DNA from: Oligoflexia bacterium
GTDB lineage: Bacteria > Bdellovibrionota > UBA1018
Reading direction: 5' to 3'
Assembly: GCA_963758495.1 (NCBI GenBank)
Contig: CAVWVI010000004.1
Span: 608,001-672,000 of the forward strand
DNA: 64,000 bases
Shown here: piece by piece, positions 43,152 through 52,722 of the stretch
Layout of the letters: every line of letters begins with the position of its first letter
Position numbering within the stretch: the stretch's first letter is position 1
Position numbers and translations under genes: made by a program
Notes under the pieces: generated by a model
The model's database searches: none
The model's input: the letters and a program-made list of their open reading frames with translations, nothing else
Told to the model about the DNA's origin: nothing

Positions 43152-44513
43152 TTAATCGCTTTTGATCTTTGCTATGAGCTTACTTAACCAGCTCTCCTGG
43201 TAAGAAACATTGATCAAAAACTTTATTCTGTCGGTTCTTGTCCAATCATTCGCTTCCCGTAAAGCTTTCATTAACCTTGTCATATTATTTTGTATCAGGC
43301 TCTGCACTTTATTTCTTACATCAGGGTCCAAAATTGAATGAGTGTTGATTCCAAAATTATTTTCCGCCTTGTGGTAGAGATCATCAATTGCTGCTTCAAT
43401 AGCGGCACCCATCATTGCTTGAGACCACTCTTTCCAAGGTCCAACATTCAATAAGGACTCTAATGTCCGATCACCCACTGGGTTAAAAAAGATTGCATCA
43501 AAATCAAGAATAAATTTTTTATAGATCTCATTAAAGGCCTCGAATTGACCCGCAATGAGAGTTTCACTTCGATTTACAAAACGGGTCGCCTCTGTCACTT
43601 GCGCTGATGTGAGTCCGCTCGAACTGGCAATGGATCGGGCCTCCACCAATCCATCCTGCCTCTCTTGTTCAAGTCCCCTCAAATTCATCTTTTCTAAGAA
43701 TTCCTTCACGTCATCTCGGGTATTTGTAAAAACGATCACTAACCTCTCATCTTGAGAGGCAATCTGAAGCAACTGATCGACATAGCCTGCCGTGGTAGAT
43801 TGAGTCGCATTTAAGATATCCAATAGATTCGAAACCGCTGGCAGCGCATTCATGGGATCTGGTGTATCCGCCGGCACGCCTCCCGCCACTGTTGCGACAA
43901 TATCTTTAATTTGACTTTCGATAGGCTCAGTTGCGCCCAGCACTTTTTTTGCCGTCTCAATGTAAAGCTCCTTGAATTCACTTTGGCTATATCGAGCATT
44001 TCCGTCGATTGACGCTTCTGTGCCACAAATTTCCCGCCATCTATCCGTTAAAGTCTTAGACTCCACATTAAAGACGTCACGGTAGGTAATGATGCGATCC
44101 CGCAAGCTCGCCAGTGGCATGCGGCTCAATCTTTTAAAGAAAGTGGCCTCTTGAAACGCAAGGCGATCTCTCATGGCAGCCAGACGAGGTGATAAAGGTG
44201 TATTTCCTATTGCTGAAAAAATCAGGGTCTGCGAATTATCCAGTGTACTCTGGAAAAGTTGTCTCCATTTCGCGTCCTGATCCCGTTCACCGACATTATA
44301 GTTTTGAAGAAGATCGTAGGCTGTCTGCAAAGACTTTTCACGAAAGCTAAAATAATCCACTAATTTGGGTCGGACCTGATCATCCAAGGACTTTTCGAGG
44401 TTTAGCGTCGTTAGCTCAGCTAAGACCTCATCCCTGCGAGTATCGAATTCGCCTGCCAGACAAGTAAGGCCTGAAAATATCAAAAGGGTTAAAATTAAGT
44501 AGATTTTTGTCAT
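43152..44513 (-). CDS. Secreted, largely alpha-helical hypothetical protein (453 aa)
   Basis: GGAG RBS before ATG at 44513; MTKIYLILTLLIFSGLTCLA signal peptide; long open frame. Confidence 0.7.
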   Translation of the reverse strand: MTKIYLILTLLIFSGLTCLAGEFDTRRDEVLAELTTLNLEKSLDDQVRPKLVDYFSFREKSLQTAYDLLQNYNVGERDQDAKWRQLFQSTLDNSQTLIFSAIGNTPLSPRLAAMRDRLAFQEATFFKRLSRMPLASLRDRIITYRDVFNVESKTLTDRWREICGTEASIDGNARYSQSEFKELYIETAKKVLGATEPIESQIKDIVATVAGGVPADTPDPMNALPAVSNLLDILNATQSTTAGYVDQLLQIASQDERLVIVFTNTRDDVKEFLEKMNLRGLEQERQDGLVEARSIASSSGLTSAQVTEATRFVNRSETLIAGQFEAFNEIYKKFILDFDAIFFNPVGDRTLESLLNVGPWKEWSQAMMGAAIEAAIDDLYHKAENNFGINTHSILDPDVRNKVQSLIQNNMTRLMKALREANDWTRTDRIKFLINVSYQESWLSKLIAKIKSD

Positions 44514-44535
44514 AGGTGCTCCACGGGATTTATTT

Positions 44536-46305
44536 TTAAAAATGATCAATAAGAGTAACTCGCCATGGGCCTTGATCGAGACGCTGGAGCTGCCAAACTC
44601 TTTTGACCTGAAAGTTGGTAAAACTGCGGTACTCATCGCCAAACTTGCCGATATGTTCAACAATGACTGTTGCCTGCTCAACCCGAGGAATCTGAAGGGC
44701 CGTATCACCCGCGAAAACCAGTTGTGGCTTTGACTCGCTCAGAACTCGAATATCCTCTACATAGGGAAGAGTATCCTCTCTATTAACAAGAAGAGCCCTA
44801 GAATAATTCCAAGAGTCTTGCAACATGGATGAGCTCATCTCTCTCTGCGGATTAAAAAAGGGAGGGAGGGGCTTTTCAATATAAAATGACCATGGGGCAA
44901 AGAGACTCGACCAAAATTGAATGTTCGAGTATTTCACCGCTTCAATCATGGCCTCCATTACTTTAGATGGAGACGCGTGATCATTCAGGGTGGGGCTGGG
45001 CATATGAGGAAGTTGATCCTCTCCCGCAAACGCGAAACGCTTTCTCTCCGAATTGGGTACAGGTGCTGATGCAGTAGACCTGAGATCGACAAAGAAGCCG
45101 GGTTTTGGGTTCTCTGCTGTCAAGTCATTGTCTGGATTTCCTGCGTAAACTGCAAAGGGTTCTACCAAAAGGGCTGTGACCTGTGCCTCTCTAAAGGAAA
45201 CCATATGGGGATCGTCGATCACCTTTCCATAAATTAGAAACTCCCACGATGTTTCATTTGCGTAGATTGACTTAAATTGAAAAAAAGTATCAAAAAAAAC
45301 ATCCATCTTTGGAGATTTGGCGGGGACAAGATAGTAACCATCCTGGTCAGAGCCTGCTACCAAGTAACTTTTCCCAGTATCCGTTATGAATTCACTTTCA
45401 GAGACTCTAGGAAGAGCAACCCACTTGCCAATCCAGGGTTTTACGTTTCCGGTGACTGGATTTGGAATCGGAAAAGGATTAGTCCATTGTTTAGGATTCT
45501 CAGCTAGGACTTTTGAGATGGCTGCAAGTCCCGTCTTTTTTGAAATGACCACTGCGTCGTGTCCGGCAGCTCGCCACACCTGGCTTTCGGGGGTGAGGGT
45601 ATATAGCGTGCCCATCAAACTCGTTTTAACAGCCTGGAAATCTTCAGAAGCCATTGAGGTAAAAGTGCCAGAATGATGGGCGGCCAAATATGCCAACCTT
45701 GGGGTTTGAACCTCTAACCAACTGGCGAGTTGTTTCCGGTTGTCGAAAGAGTCATTCTTATTCCAAGGACTGCCCAACACCTGAGATGCGGTCTTTAAAA
45801 ACTCTTCGTACCACATCGACCAGACACCGTCTGTGAATCCATCAGTCGCCATCTGATCCGGCCCATGATCACCCAAAGCGCGCTGACCCGAAGGTGTAGT
45901 ATAGAATTTCTCTTCCCTCAACTCCGCATAGATCGGCAGTTCCAATTCATCACGCAGCACAACTAGACCTGCTAGATCCCCAGGGTGTGCATCCAGTTTT
46001 TCCCAAAAGTCTTCCTCATTCATACCTCCAGCAACAGCACCGTTCTGCATGAGAGTGTCGGTCACTGCTATTTTCTGATTCTTAGGAGTCAGCATGGCTA
46101 TGACCTGATCGCCAATTCTTAAGTTAGAATGGCGAAAGGCTGAATCCCAGCCGATCCAAGTGATTCGAACTGAAAGAGGGCTTCGTTCATTTTCGTTTTG
46201 GCTGGTAATTCGAAAGGAAACTCCGTTTGCAAAAGCCCGGATCGGCGAGGCGAGAATCAGACAAAATGACAGACCGTACCAGAATAAGCGGTGAATCCGT
46301 TTCAT
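44536..46305 (-). CDS. Secreted hypothetical protein with a PDZ-like N-terminal segment
   Basis: Signal peptide ending AFA; VRITWIGWDSAFRHSNLRIGDQVIAM resembles PDZ; C-terminus possibly NTF2-like. Confidence 0.65.
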   Translation of the reverse strand: MKRIHRLFWYGLSFCLILASPIRAFANGVSFRITSQNENERSPLSVRITWIGWDSAFRHSNLRIGDQVIAMLTPKNQKIAVTDTLMQNGAVAGGMNEEDFWEKLDAHPGDLAGLVVLRDELELPIYAELREEKFYTTPSGQRALGDHGPDQMATDGFTDGVWSMWYEEFLKTASQVLGSPWNKNDSFDNRKQLASWLEVQTPRLAYLAAHHSGTFTSMASEDFQAVKTSLMGTLYTLTPESQVWRAAGHDAVVISKKTGLAAISKVLAENPKQWTNPFPIPNPVTGNVKPWIGKWVALPRVSESEFITDTGKSYLVAGSDQDGYYLVPAKSPKMDVFFDTFFQFKSIYANETSWEFLIYGKVIDDPHMVSFREAQVTALLVEPFAVYAGNPDNDLTAENPKPGFFVDLRSTASAPVPNSERKRFAFAGEDQLPHMPSPTLNDHASPSKVMEAMIEAVKYSNIQFWSSLFAPWSFYIEKPLPPFFNPQREMSSSMLQDSWNYSRALLVNREDTLPYVEDIRVLSESKPQLVFAGDTALQIPRVEQATVIVEHIGKFGDEYRSFTNFQVKRVWQLQRLDQGPWRVTLIDHF

Positions 46306-46389
46306 ATAGCAGACAGCTAACACAGTAATAAATTCATTTCCATCTACATAGAACGTCCTCGGAACATCTGCTGAGATGTGAATTTTGAT

Positions 46390-46446
46390 TTATTTACCGT
46401 CGAAGGCTGCCTTCAGTTTCGCGATGTCCATCTTTTTCATTTTCAA
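46390..46446 (-). pseudogene. C-terminal remnant of a VOC/PhnB (3-demethylubiquinone-9 3-methyltransferase-like) gene
   Basis: Translates LKMKKMDIAKLKAAFDGK*, the characteristic tail of that family; the rest of the gene is absent. Confidence 0.6.
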
Positions 46447-46592
46447 CCTGATGTTATTTAAAATATGGGGGTTCGTCTATCGCTTTACGTGAATGTTTCA
46501 GTTTCAAATTGCTCATGATTCATGAGAAACTATTCATGAGAAACTTTGTTTTGGCGAAGATCACCGAATGCTCAATGATAGGAAATGACTCT

Positions 46593-46961
46593 ATGACTCA
46601 TAAAGACGCAGCTATTTCATTCCTAACCCTAGTCACTAATGGAAAAATTCGTGAGGCCTATGATCGTCACGTCTCCCCAAACTTAAAACATCACAACCCG
46701 TATAATAAGGGCGATGTAAACTCGTTGATGACTGGAATGGAGGAAGCCGACAAACAATTTCCAAGCAAGGTCTTTAGGGTGCAACGCGCCATTCAAGAAG
46801 GAGACTTTGTCGCTGTTCACTCACATCTAACGCTAAAGCCAATGGAGTTGGAATTAGCGGTTGTCCATCTCTTTCGTTTTCAAGCCGGTGGGATCGTCGA
46901 ATTCTGGGATATCGCCCAACAGGTTCCGAAAGAACCTCTAAACGAAAACGGGATGTTTTGA
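46593..46961 (+). CDS. SnoaL-like / NTF2 family protein
   Basis: HHNPY, EGDFVAVHS, VVHLFRF..G.IVEFWD; likely start MTHKD. Confidence 0.85.
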   Translation: MTHKDAAISFLTLVTNGKIREAYDRHVSPNLKHHNPYNKGDVNSLMTGMEEADKQFPSKVFRVQRAIQEGDFVAVHSHLTLKPMELELAVVHLFRFQAGGIVEFWDIAQQVPKEPLNENGMF

Positions 46962-46999
46962 GTGAGCCCCGATTTTTATTACACTCGATTGGAGAATAT

Positions 47000-47644
47000 A
47001 TGAGCCGCCTGCGCGTTGAGAGTTTTTCATTGTCCCTGGATGGATATGGAGCGGGCCCGAATCAAGATCTCGAGAATCCGCTGGGCCGCAACGGCAAGAC
47101 CCTATTTGAATGGTTTTTTCCGACACTCACGTTCAATAAAATGATAGGCAAGCCCGGCGGCACGACCGGCATCGATAATAAATTCGCCTCGCGTGGATTT
47201 GAAGGAATTGGCGCGAATATCATGGGCCGCAATATGTTCGGTCCCATTCGTGGATCGTGGAAAGATGAAGAGTGGAAGGGATGGTGGGGACCTAATCCGC
47301 CTTACCATACGCCGGTTTTTGTCCTAACCCATCACGAGCGTAAGCCCATTGAAATGGAAGGCGGAACCATATTTTATTTCGTCACGGACGGAATTGAATC
47401 CGCGCTCAAACAAGCGCAAAAGGCTGCGGGTGGAAAAGATATTCGTCTCAACGGCGGTGTCTCGGTGATTCGGCAATATTTGTCTAAAGGGTTGGTAGAT
47501 TACATGCATCTCGCTGTTTCTCCAAAACTGCTCGGTGCAGGTGAAAATCTTTTTGCCGGACTCGATCTCGTAAAGTTAGGCTACTCCGTGAAAGAAAACG
47601 CCAGCGGAGAAAACGCAACTCACGTAATCTTCGAAAAATCTTAA
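47000..47644 (+). CDS. Dihydrofolate reductase family (RibD C-terminal) protein
   Basis: SLDGYGAGP, IMGRNMFGP, WWGPNPPYHTPVFVLTH, GG...IRQYL; GGAG RBS before ATG at 47000. Confidence 0.9.
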   Translation: MSRLRVESFSLSLDGYGAGPNQDLENPLGRNGKTLFEWFFPTLTFNKMIGKPGGTTGIDNKFASRGFEGIGANIMGRNMFGPIRGSWKDEEWKGWWGPNPPYHTPVFVLTHHERKPIEMEGGTIFYFVTDGIESALKQAQKAAGGKDIRLNGGVSVIRQYLSKGLVDYMHLAVSPKLLGAGENLFAGLDLVKLGYSVKENASGENATHVIFEKS

Positions 47645-47677
47645 TGGCTTAATGGCTTAATGGCTTGATGGCTTGAT
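47641..47677 (+). repeat. 8-bp tandem repeat (TTRATGGC, about 4.5 copies) beginning at the stop codon
   Basis: TTAATGGC x3, TTGATGGC, TTGAT. Confidence 0.85.
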
Positions 47678-47821
47678 TACTACATCAGTCGCAGCACCCA
47701 TTCAACAGATCGATTCGATTCTCACCCAGACTGTCAAAAACCCAGTGGGCCCAGAATTCATGGCTCCGCCAGAACTTCCCAAGGTGGCGTGAAAGACGAA
47801 TGGGGACTAGGGCCATAGTTT

Positions 47822-48514
47822 TTGCAGCAGTGGTCACTTCTTGCAAGAATCCATTCCACTCTGATGACCCGAGTACCTACGACTTACAACCAATTTGCAG
47901 GAAAAAGACTAGATCGATTAACCTCGCTCAGTGACAACGTTTTTGCTGTGGCAATGACTCTCCTCGTCTTGGATCTTCATGTTCCTGACGCGATTAAAAT
48001 TGCCAGTAACCACGATTTTCTCTTAGCAATAAAGCCCCTACTCCCTCGCTTGATTACCTACTCAATGAGCTTTCTGACCTTAGGAATCTACTGGATTGGT
48101 CAACACACCCAACATGATCAACTTGAACGAAGTAATCGCCACTATGCTTGGCTCAACCTCCTCTTTCTTTCAGTGGTCACGCTGATTCCGTTTTCGACGG
48201 CACTTTTGGCCACCTTTATCCGCTTTCGTGCGGCCTTGTTCATCTATTGGTGTAATTTGCTATTTCTTGGAATCACCATACTTGCTGCTTGGTCATATGC
48301 TCGAATTGCTCGTCTGCAAAAACCCGACTGCTCCGAAGTCGTTCATCGCGCATTCTTAATCCGTATCTGCAGTTCCCAAGCTTTCTACGCTGGGGCAATG
48401 CTCCTGAGTATTCCATTCAGTATTTATTTAAGCATAGCACTCATCGTTCTCCTTCAACTGTACTATGCAATCGCGCCAAAACTTGTCTTCCGATCGGCGA
48501 TCAAAAGTCGATAA
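47822..48514 (+). CDS. TMEM175 family potassium channel (DUF1211)
   Basis: RL..LSDNVFAVAMTLLVLDL, SFLTLGIYW..H, LIPFST. Confidence 0.9.
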   Translation: MQQWSLLARIHSTLMTRVPTTYNQFAGKRLDRLTSLSDNVFAVAMTLLVLDLHVPDAIKIASNHDFLLAIKPLLPRLITYSMSFLTLGIYWIGQHTQHDQLERSNRHYAWLNLLFLSVVTLIPFSTALLATFIRFRAALFIYWCNLLFLGITILAAWSYARIARLQKPDCSEVVHRAFLIRICSSQAFYAGAMLLSIPFSIYLSIALIVLLQLYYAIAPKLVFRSAIKSR

Positions 48515-48683
48515 GCTCAATTGATCCATTTAGAATGGGGGCTGCGTCGCGGCTCTCGTTCAATGATTCGTTAATGCAACAGCCGAGTAATAGAGGTAAG
48601 GTGGGTAGGGTCAAATGTGGTGCAGGTAATAAAGTTAAAGCTAAAGCAAAATCTAAAGCCTCGAAGCTGTTAGGAGCGACGTC

Positions 48684-49421
48684 ATGAGTCAGCAACAAGT
48701 CAGTATCGAAACCAAAGATGGAGTCTGCAAAGCGTGGTTCCTAACGCCTGACGGAAAAGGCCCTTGGCCTGGCGTCGTCTTCTATATGGACGCTTTCGGC
48801 ATTCGTCCCGCGATGATCGAGATGGCGAACCACATAGCAAAGCAAGGCTACGTGGTGCTTCTGCCTGATCTTTTTTATCGCTTTGGCTCCTACGGCCCTT
48901 ATGACCCAAGAGAAGTCATGAAGGGCGACTTCCGCGCCATTATAGGCCCCATGATGGCGTCCACTGACAATCACAAAGCGGCAGAAGATACCGCTGCGTT
49001 CTTATCTTATTTTGAAAGCTGCGACGACGTGGCTCGCGACAAAGTCGGAACCGTCGGTTTCTGCATGGGCGGTGGAATGGCTTTGACGGCCGCGGGCTAT
49101 TATCCTGATCGAGTGGCTGCAGCCGCAAGTTTCCACGGCGGCAACTTGGCTACTGATCTGCCGACGAGCCCTCATCTCGTCGTTCCTAAAATCAAAGCGG
49201 AGATCTACGTTGCAGGAGCCGACAAGGATCAAGGCTATCCACCCGAGATGGCTCAGCGTCTCGAAGATGCACTCACCCAAGCGGGTGTTCGCCATAAGTG
49301 CGAGATCTACGAAGGCGAGATGCATGGTTGGATGAAGCCCGACATGCCTGTCTACGACGCTCAAGCGGCTGAGCGTGGGTGGAGAGAACTCTTTGCCCTT
49401 TATATGCGAACGCTCCGGTAA
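48684..49421 (+). CDS. Dienelactone hydrolase family protein
   Basis: MDAFGIRP, PDLFYR, GFCMGG, SFHGG, HGW. Confidence 0.92.
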   Translation: MSQQQVSIETKDGVCKAWFLTPDGKGPWPGVVFYMDAFGIRPAMIEMANHIAKQGYVVLLPDLFYRFGSYGPYDPREVMKGDFRAIIGPMMASTDNHKAAEDTAAFLSYFESCDDVARDKVGTVGFCMGGGMALTAAGYYPDRVAAAASFHGGNLATDLPTSPHLVVPKIKAEIYVAGADKDQGYPPEMAQRLEDALTQAGVRHKCEIYEGEMHGWMKPDMPVYDAQAAERGWRELFALYMRTLR

Positions 49422-49505
49422 GCATCATTTAAGCATTATTCGCTTTGACAACAGAAAGATGTAACTTCCAGGCGTTTGATCTCTATCGATTGAAAAATGG
49501 GAAAG

Positions 49506-49697
49506 TTACCTACTCCCAATCCGCCTCGTTTGCCTTCGATTATCTAGCCATCGCAACATTCGAAAACCGCCGCTCCCTTGGATGACATCTCCTGCATCAG
49601 GATTTGCTATCAAAAAAGCCTGCATTTCTCTGAACAGTTCGTCTGCAAGATATTCAGAAAGATGGCGAGTAAATACTGGAGCTTCTATGAATCCCAT
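49506..49697 (-). pseudogene. Truncated HigB-2/RelE-type toxin with no antitoxin
   Basis: FIEAPVFT...NPDAGDVIQGSGGFR.LRW, then similarity is lost before the expected GKRGG.RVIY. Confidence 0.75.
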
Positions 49698-49701
49698 AGC
49701 T

Positions 49702-49726
49702 AGCTATACGTTATTAACGTATAGCT
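49702..49726. promoter_or_regulatory. Perfect palindromic operator AGCTATACGTTA-T-TAACGTATAGCT
   Basis: 12-bp arms with a 1-nt spacer, immediately upstream of the HigB-like start. Confidence 0.7.
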
Positions 49727-49877
49727 TATCAAGCAGCCGCCCTACATGAGTCTGAGCAGCAAGAGGGGCTTAATCGAAATAGTTTAGAGAGCCTGGAAAT
49801 TCGGTTTAAAAAAATATTAACAACAGGCGTTATTTCTCCTTGCTAAATAACTAAATACCAGCTATTTAATACGGACT

Positions 49878-50357
49878 ATGAAACGTGGAAGACCAAAAGG
49901 TCGCTCTTGCGACAATCGCTCATTCGGCCCCTTAGGGGATTTAATTCGTACTCATCGCTTGGGAAGGCAGCTTGGCCTTCTCGATGTAGCAAAAGCATGT
50001 GACTGTTCGGTACAATTTGTATCTAACATTGAACACGGACGTGCTCCGCTACCTTGGGAAAAGGTTGGGGCGCTTGCAAGTTATTTAAAGATTCCAGTAG
50101 AAGAATTACAGGTAGCTAACTTGGCAATTCGCTCTGACTTTAAAAGCTTTGTAACGCTTTCCAATGACAAAAAGACCAGCAAGTCATCTAAATCAGGCCA
50201 AATACCTGGTAATGCGTCTGCAGCAAATACTGCTTCCGCAGTTGCTTTTGCGGCCAAAGATAGTCACCTTCAAGAAGTGATTTTAAAATATCAGACTGCC
50301 ACTATTGCATCTCGTAAGAACTTTGTTCGTGCAGCATTAGAGTTGTTAGAAAGTTAA
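49878..50357 (+). CDS. XRE-family HTH regulator with an N-terminal AT-hook-like motif
   Basis: MKRGRPKG; LLDVAKACDCSVQFVSNIEHGRAPLP. Confidence 0.8.
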   Translation: MKRGRPKGRSCDNRSFGPLGDLIRTHRLGRQLGLLDVAKACDCSVQFVSNIEHGRAPLPWEKVGALASYLKIPVEELQVANLAIRSDFKSFVTLSNDKKTSKSSKSGQIPGNASAANTASAVAFAAKDSHLQEVILKYQTATIASRKNFVRAALELLES

Positions 50358-50371
50358 AAAATTAATTTGTA

Positions 50372-50437
50372 CCCCTGAGTCTGAGCCTAAGCATAAGCCT
50401 AAGCATCACGCGTCATACTCAGACTTTGGCTCAGGGG
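50372..50437. repeat. Nested imperfect inverted repeat downstream of the HTH gene
   Basis: CCCCTGAG/CTCAGGGG and AGTCTGAG/CTCAGACT arms around a (GCCTAAGCAT)x2 core. Confidence 0.5.
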
Positions 50438-50488
50438 CTCAAAAATTAAATCTTCGACAGCCTGCCCGCTCTCATACACAATGAGAGT

Positions 50489-52615
50489 GTGGAACCCAAT
50501 CATCTTGCGCCGTCTGATCAAATTCAACAAAATAGAGATAACCCTTTAATTTCCGAGCTATGGCTAAATTTAGGCTGGATTGGGTGCATCCTCCTCACAT
50601 TCCTTGAACTGGCTCTTCTTTTTATCCTTCTCCCCTGGATGACACCCGAACCCGACTTAAAAAATATTAACCAGCTTTTTTTATATAATCGCATTGCAGA
50701 TTGTTTACCCGAGCCTTTAGAGCATAATCGCTATATTTTTGGGGTCATCACTCTTTTCGTTTTCTTTGTTGGATTAGCCAAATGGATTGGTACGTACGCA
50801 AAGACGGCAAATCTGAAACCAAGATCATTTCAATGGCTGTATGTAGGTACATTTTTAGCCCAAGCACTCCTGATAGGATTTTGTACTTGGAACTGGATTG
50901 TGCAGGTCGATGCCAGCTTTGTCTATTTTAATTCTAATCAGCTATGGATTGCCTTCATCTTCAGTATGGCATTTCTCTGTAGCTGGGGCCTTACGGTAAA
51001 CCATACAAAAAGATCATTACCCCAATGGCTCCAATGGGGTTCACTCTCAATTGCTGCTCTTTACCTGATTTGCAATCTGCTTTCATGCCTATTCACAGAG
51101 GAAAACCTTGCGCATGCTTACGGACAGGTTACTAATCATATTCCGTTTTTAATGGATGAGTTTGCCTCTGTCCTGAATGGGCATACTCCTTTAGTGGATT
51201 TTTTCCCACAATACCAATATCTTCTCTCTTTTCTTGCAGTTCCTTATTTCAAAGCCTTTGGATTCGGTATCGGTTCATTTACCTTTTTAATGCTGTTGCT
51301 CTCTTTTGTGGCCATGACATTTGTCTATTTTATTTTTAAACGAATCACTCAAAGTCTATTTTGGGCTACGCTATTGTATATCCCCTTTCTTGCGGCAAGT
51401 TTTTTTCCAATTTATGAATTCAGCTTGATCGATCATCCCGAATATCTAGTAGAACGGGCAAATGCATTTAACTATTACGCAGTCAACCCCATCCGAACTT
51501 TCGGACCGTGGTGTGTCGCATTCGCTTACCTCTTCTATTTAAGCCGGAAATCCTGGCAACGCATGTTTTTGCTTTTCCTCATCGCCTCATTTTCAATGGT
51601 CAATAATTTAGATTTAGGCCTACCGGCTTTTGGCGCCGCATTCATAGGAGTGGTCTTCTCGTTAGAGGAGGGGGTTTTTCCACTCAACCGAGCTGTAGGT
51701 CAATCGATCATCATTTCACTATCGAGTTTGTTTATTGCCCTATTCACTTTTTTTGCCACTTTATTTATAAGATCGGGGAGATTTCCTGAAGTTATAGCTT
51801 GGCTCAACTTCCAGAAAGCGTTTGTTCATTATGGCTTCTATATGTTGCCCATGCCAGACTTTGGACTTTATTGGATTCTCTTCGCCTCCTTCGGCGCTGC
51901 GGTTGCAATAGGAATCCTGACGCTCCAATTCACTCAGCAAAGCCCTCATGCAAAAGAGTTTCGCTTAAGGATGGGCATGTTGCTTTTCAGTGGGGTTTTA
52001 GGTTTCGGAGCAAGTGCCTATTACGTAGGCAGGTCACACCCCTATGTGCTCACTGCTATTTTTTCATTTTGGATGTTTTCCAATTGCCTTTTACTCTGGG
52101 AATTACTTCTTCAATGGAAGCAGGCGATTTTTAGTAAAAACACGATTCGGTCATTCATTTATATACTGCCGATTTTTCTTACGCTTTTTACATTTTTCTC
52201 ATTTTCAACTTGCGTCTTCGATGTAGTTTCATTTTCAGATCAGTTCAAGAGACTTTCAATTCGGCTTCACAGTTTTAATTTTGAAACCCATATCATTACT
52301 CTGGTTCGATATTTTAATCCTGAAAATTTACCCATGATGTTGATCTATCCGTATGGGCATAAAATCGCCCTTGATATTGGAATTAAAAACTACTATCCAT
52401 TTGCACATCCTGATTCACTTATTTTGAAAGAACAAGTGAACCAAGTCATGAATGAAGTGAATCGAGCAGGAGTTCGAAAAATCATAGGTAGTTTTCAAAA
52501 GGAGCTCCAGGATTCACTTTCCAGCGCCGGCTTTATTTCAAAAACATTATTTTCTGATGACAGCCAAGAAGGAAAGAGAATTAAAGCGCTTGGGCTTCAG
52601 TTTTGGGAAAAATGA
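50489..52615 (+). CDS. Large multi-pass membrane protein, probable GT-C glycosyltransferase
   Basis: More than 12 TM segments; G.TPLVDF.PQY, P.R, YYVGRSHP motifs. Confidence 0.55.
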   Translation: MEPNHLAPSDQIQQNRDNPLISELWLNLGWIGCILLTFLELALLFILLPWMTPEPDLKNINQLFLYNRIADCLPEPLEHNRYIFGVITLFVFFVGLAKWIGTYAKTANLKPRSFQWLYVGTFLAQALLIGFCTWNWIVQVDASFVYFNSNQLWIAFIFSMAFLCSWGLTVNHTKRSLPQWLQWGSLSIAALYLICNLLSCLFTEENLAHAYGQVTNHIPFLMDEFASVLNGHTPLVDFFPQYQYLLSFLAVPYFKAFGFGIGSFTFLMLLLSFVAMTFVYFIFKRITQSLFWATLLYIPFLAASFFPIYEFSLIDHPEYLVERANAFNYYAVNPIRTFGPWCVAFAYLFYLSRKSWQRMFLLFLIASFSMVNNLDLGLPAFGAAFIGVVFSLEEGVFPLNRAVGQSIIISLSSLFIALFTFFATLFIRSGRFPEVIAWLNFQKAFVHYGFYMLPMPDFGLYWILFASFGAAVAIGILTLQFTQQSPHAKEFRLRMGMLLFSGVLGFGASAYYVGRSHPYVLTAIFSFWMFSNCLLLWELLLQWKQAIFSKNTIRSFIYILPIFLTLFTFFSFSTCVFDVVSFSDQFKRLSIRLHSFNFETHIITLVRYFNPENLPMMLIYPYGHKIALDIGIKNYYPFAHPDSLILKEQVNQVMNEVNRAGVRKIIGSFQKELQDSLSSAGFISKTLFSDDSQEGKRIKALGLQFWEK

Positions 52616-52722
52616 AGACCCTTCTTATTGGCTTTAGCTTAGCTTAGCTTTAAATTTAAATTTATTTAATACTTAAAAAACAATAGCTTTTTATAACGCA
52701 TTACGTTAAGACTTGAGCGAAC

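Noticed and set aside
44514..44708. N-terminal extension of the 43152 ORF in the ORF track
   Set aside because: Overlaps the upstream gene; the RBS and signal peptide support ATG at 44513
40000..50400. Integron cassette array
   Set aside because: Genes are in mixed orientation, and no RYYYAAC...GTTRRRY attC sites or integrase were found by eye
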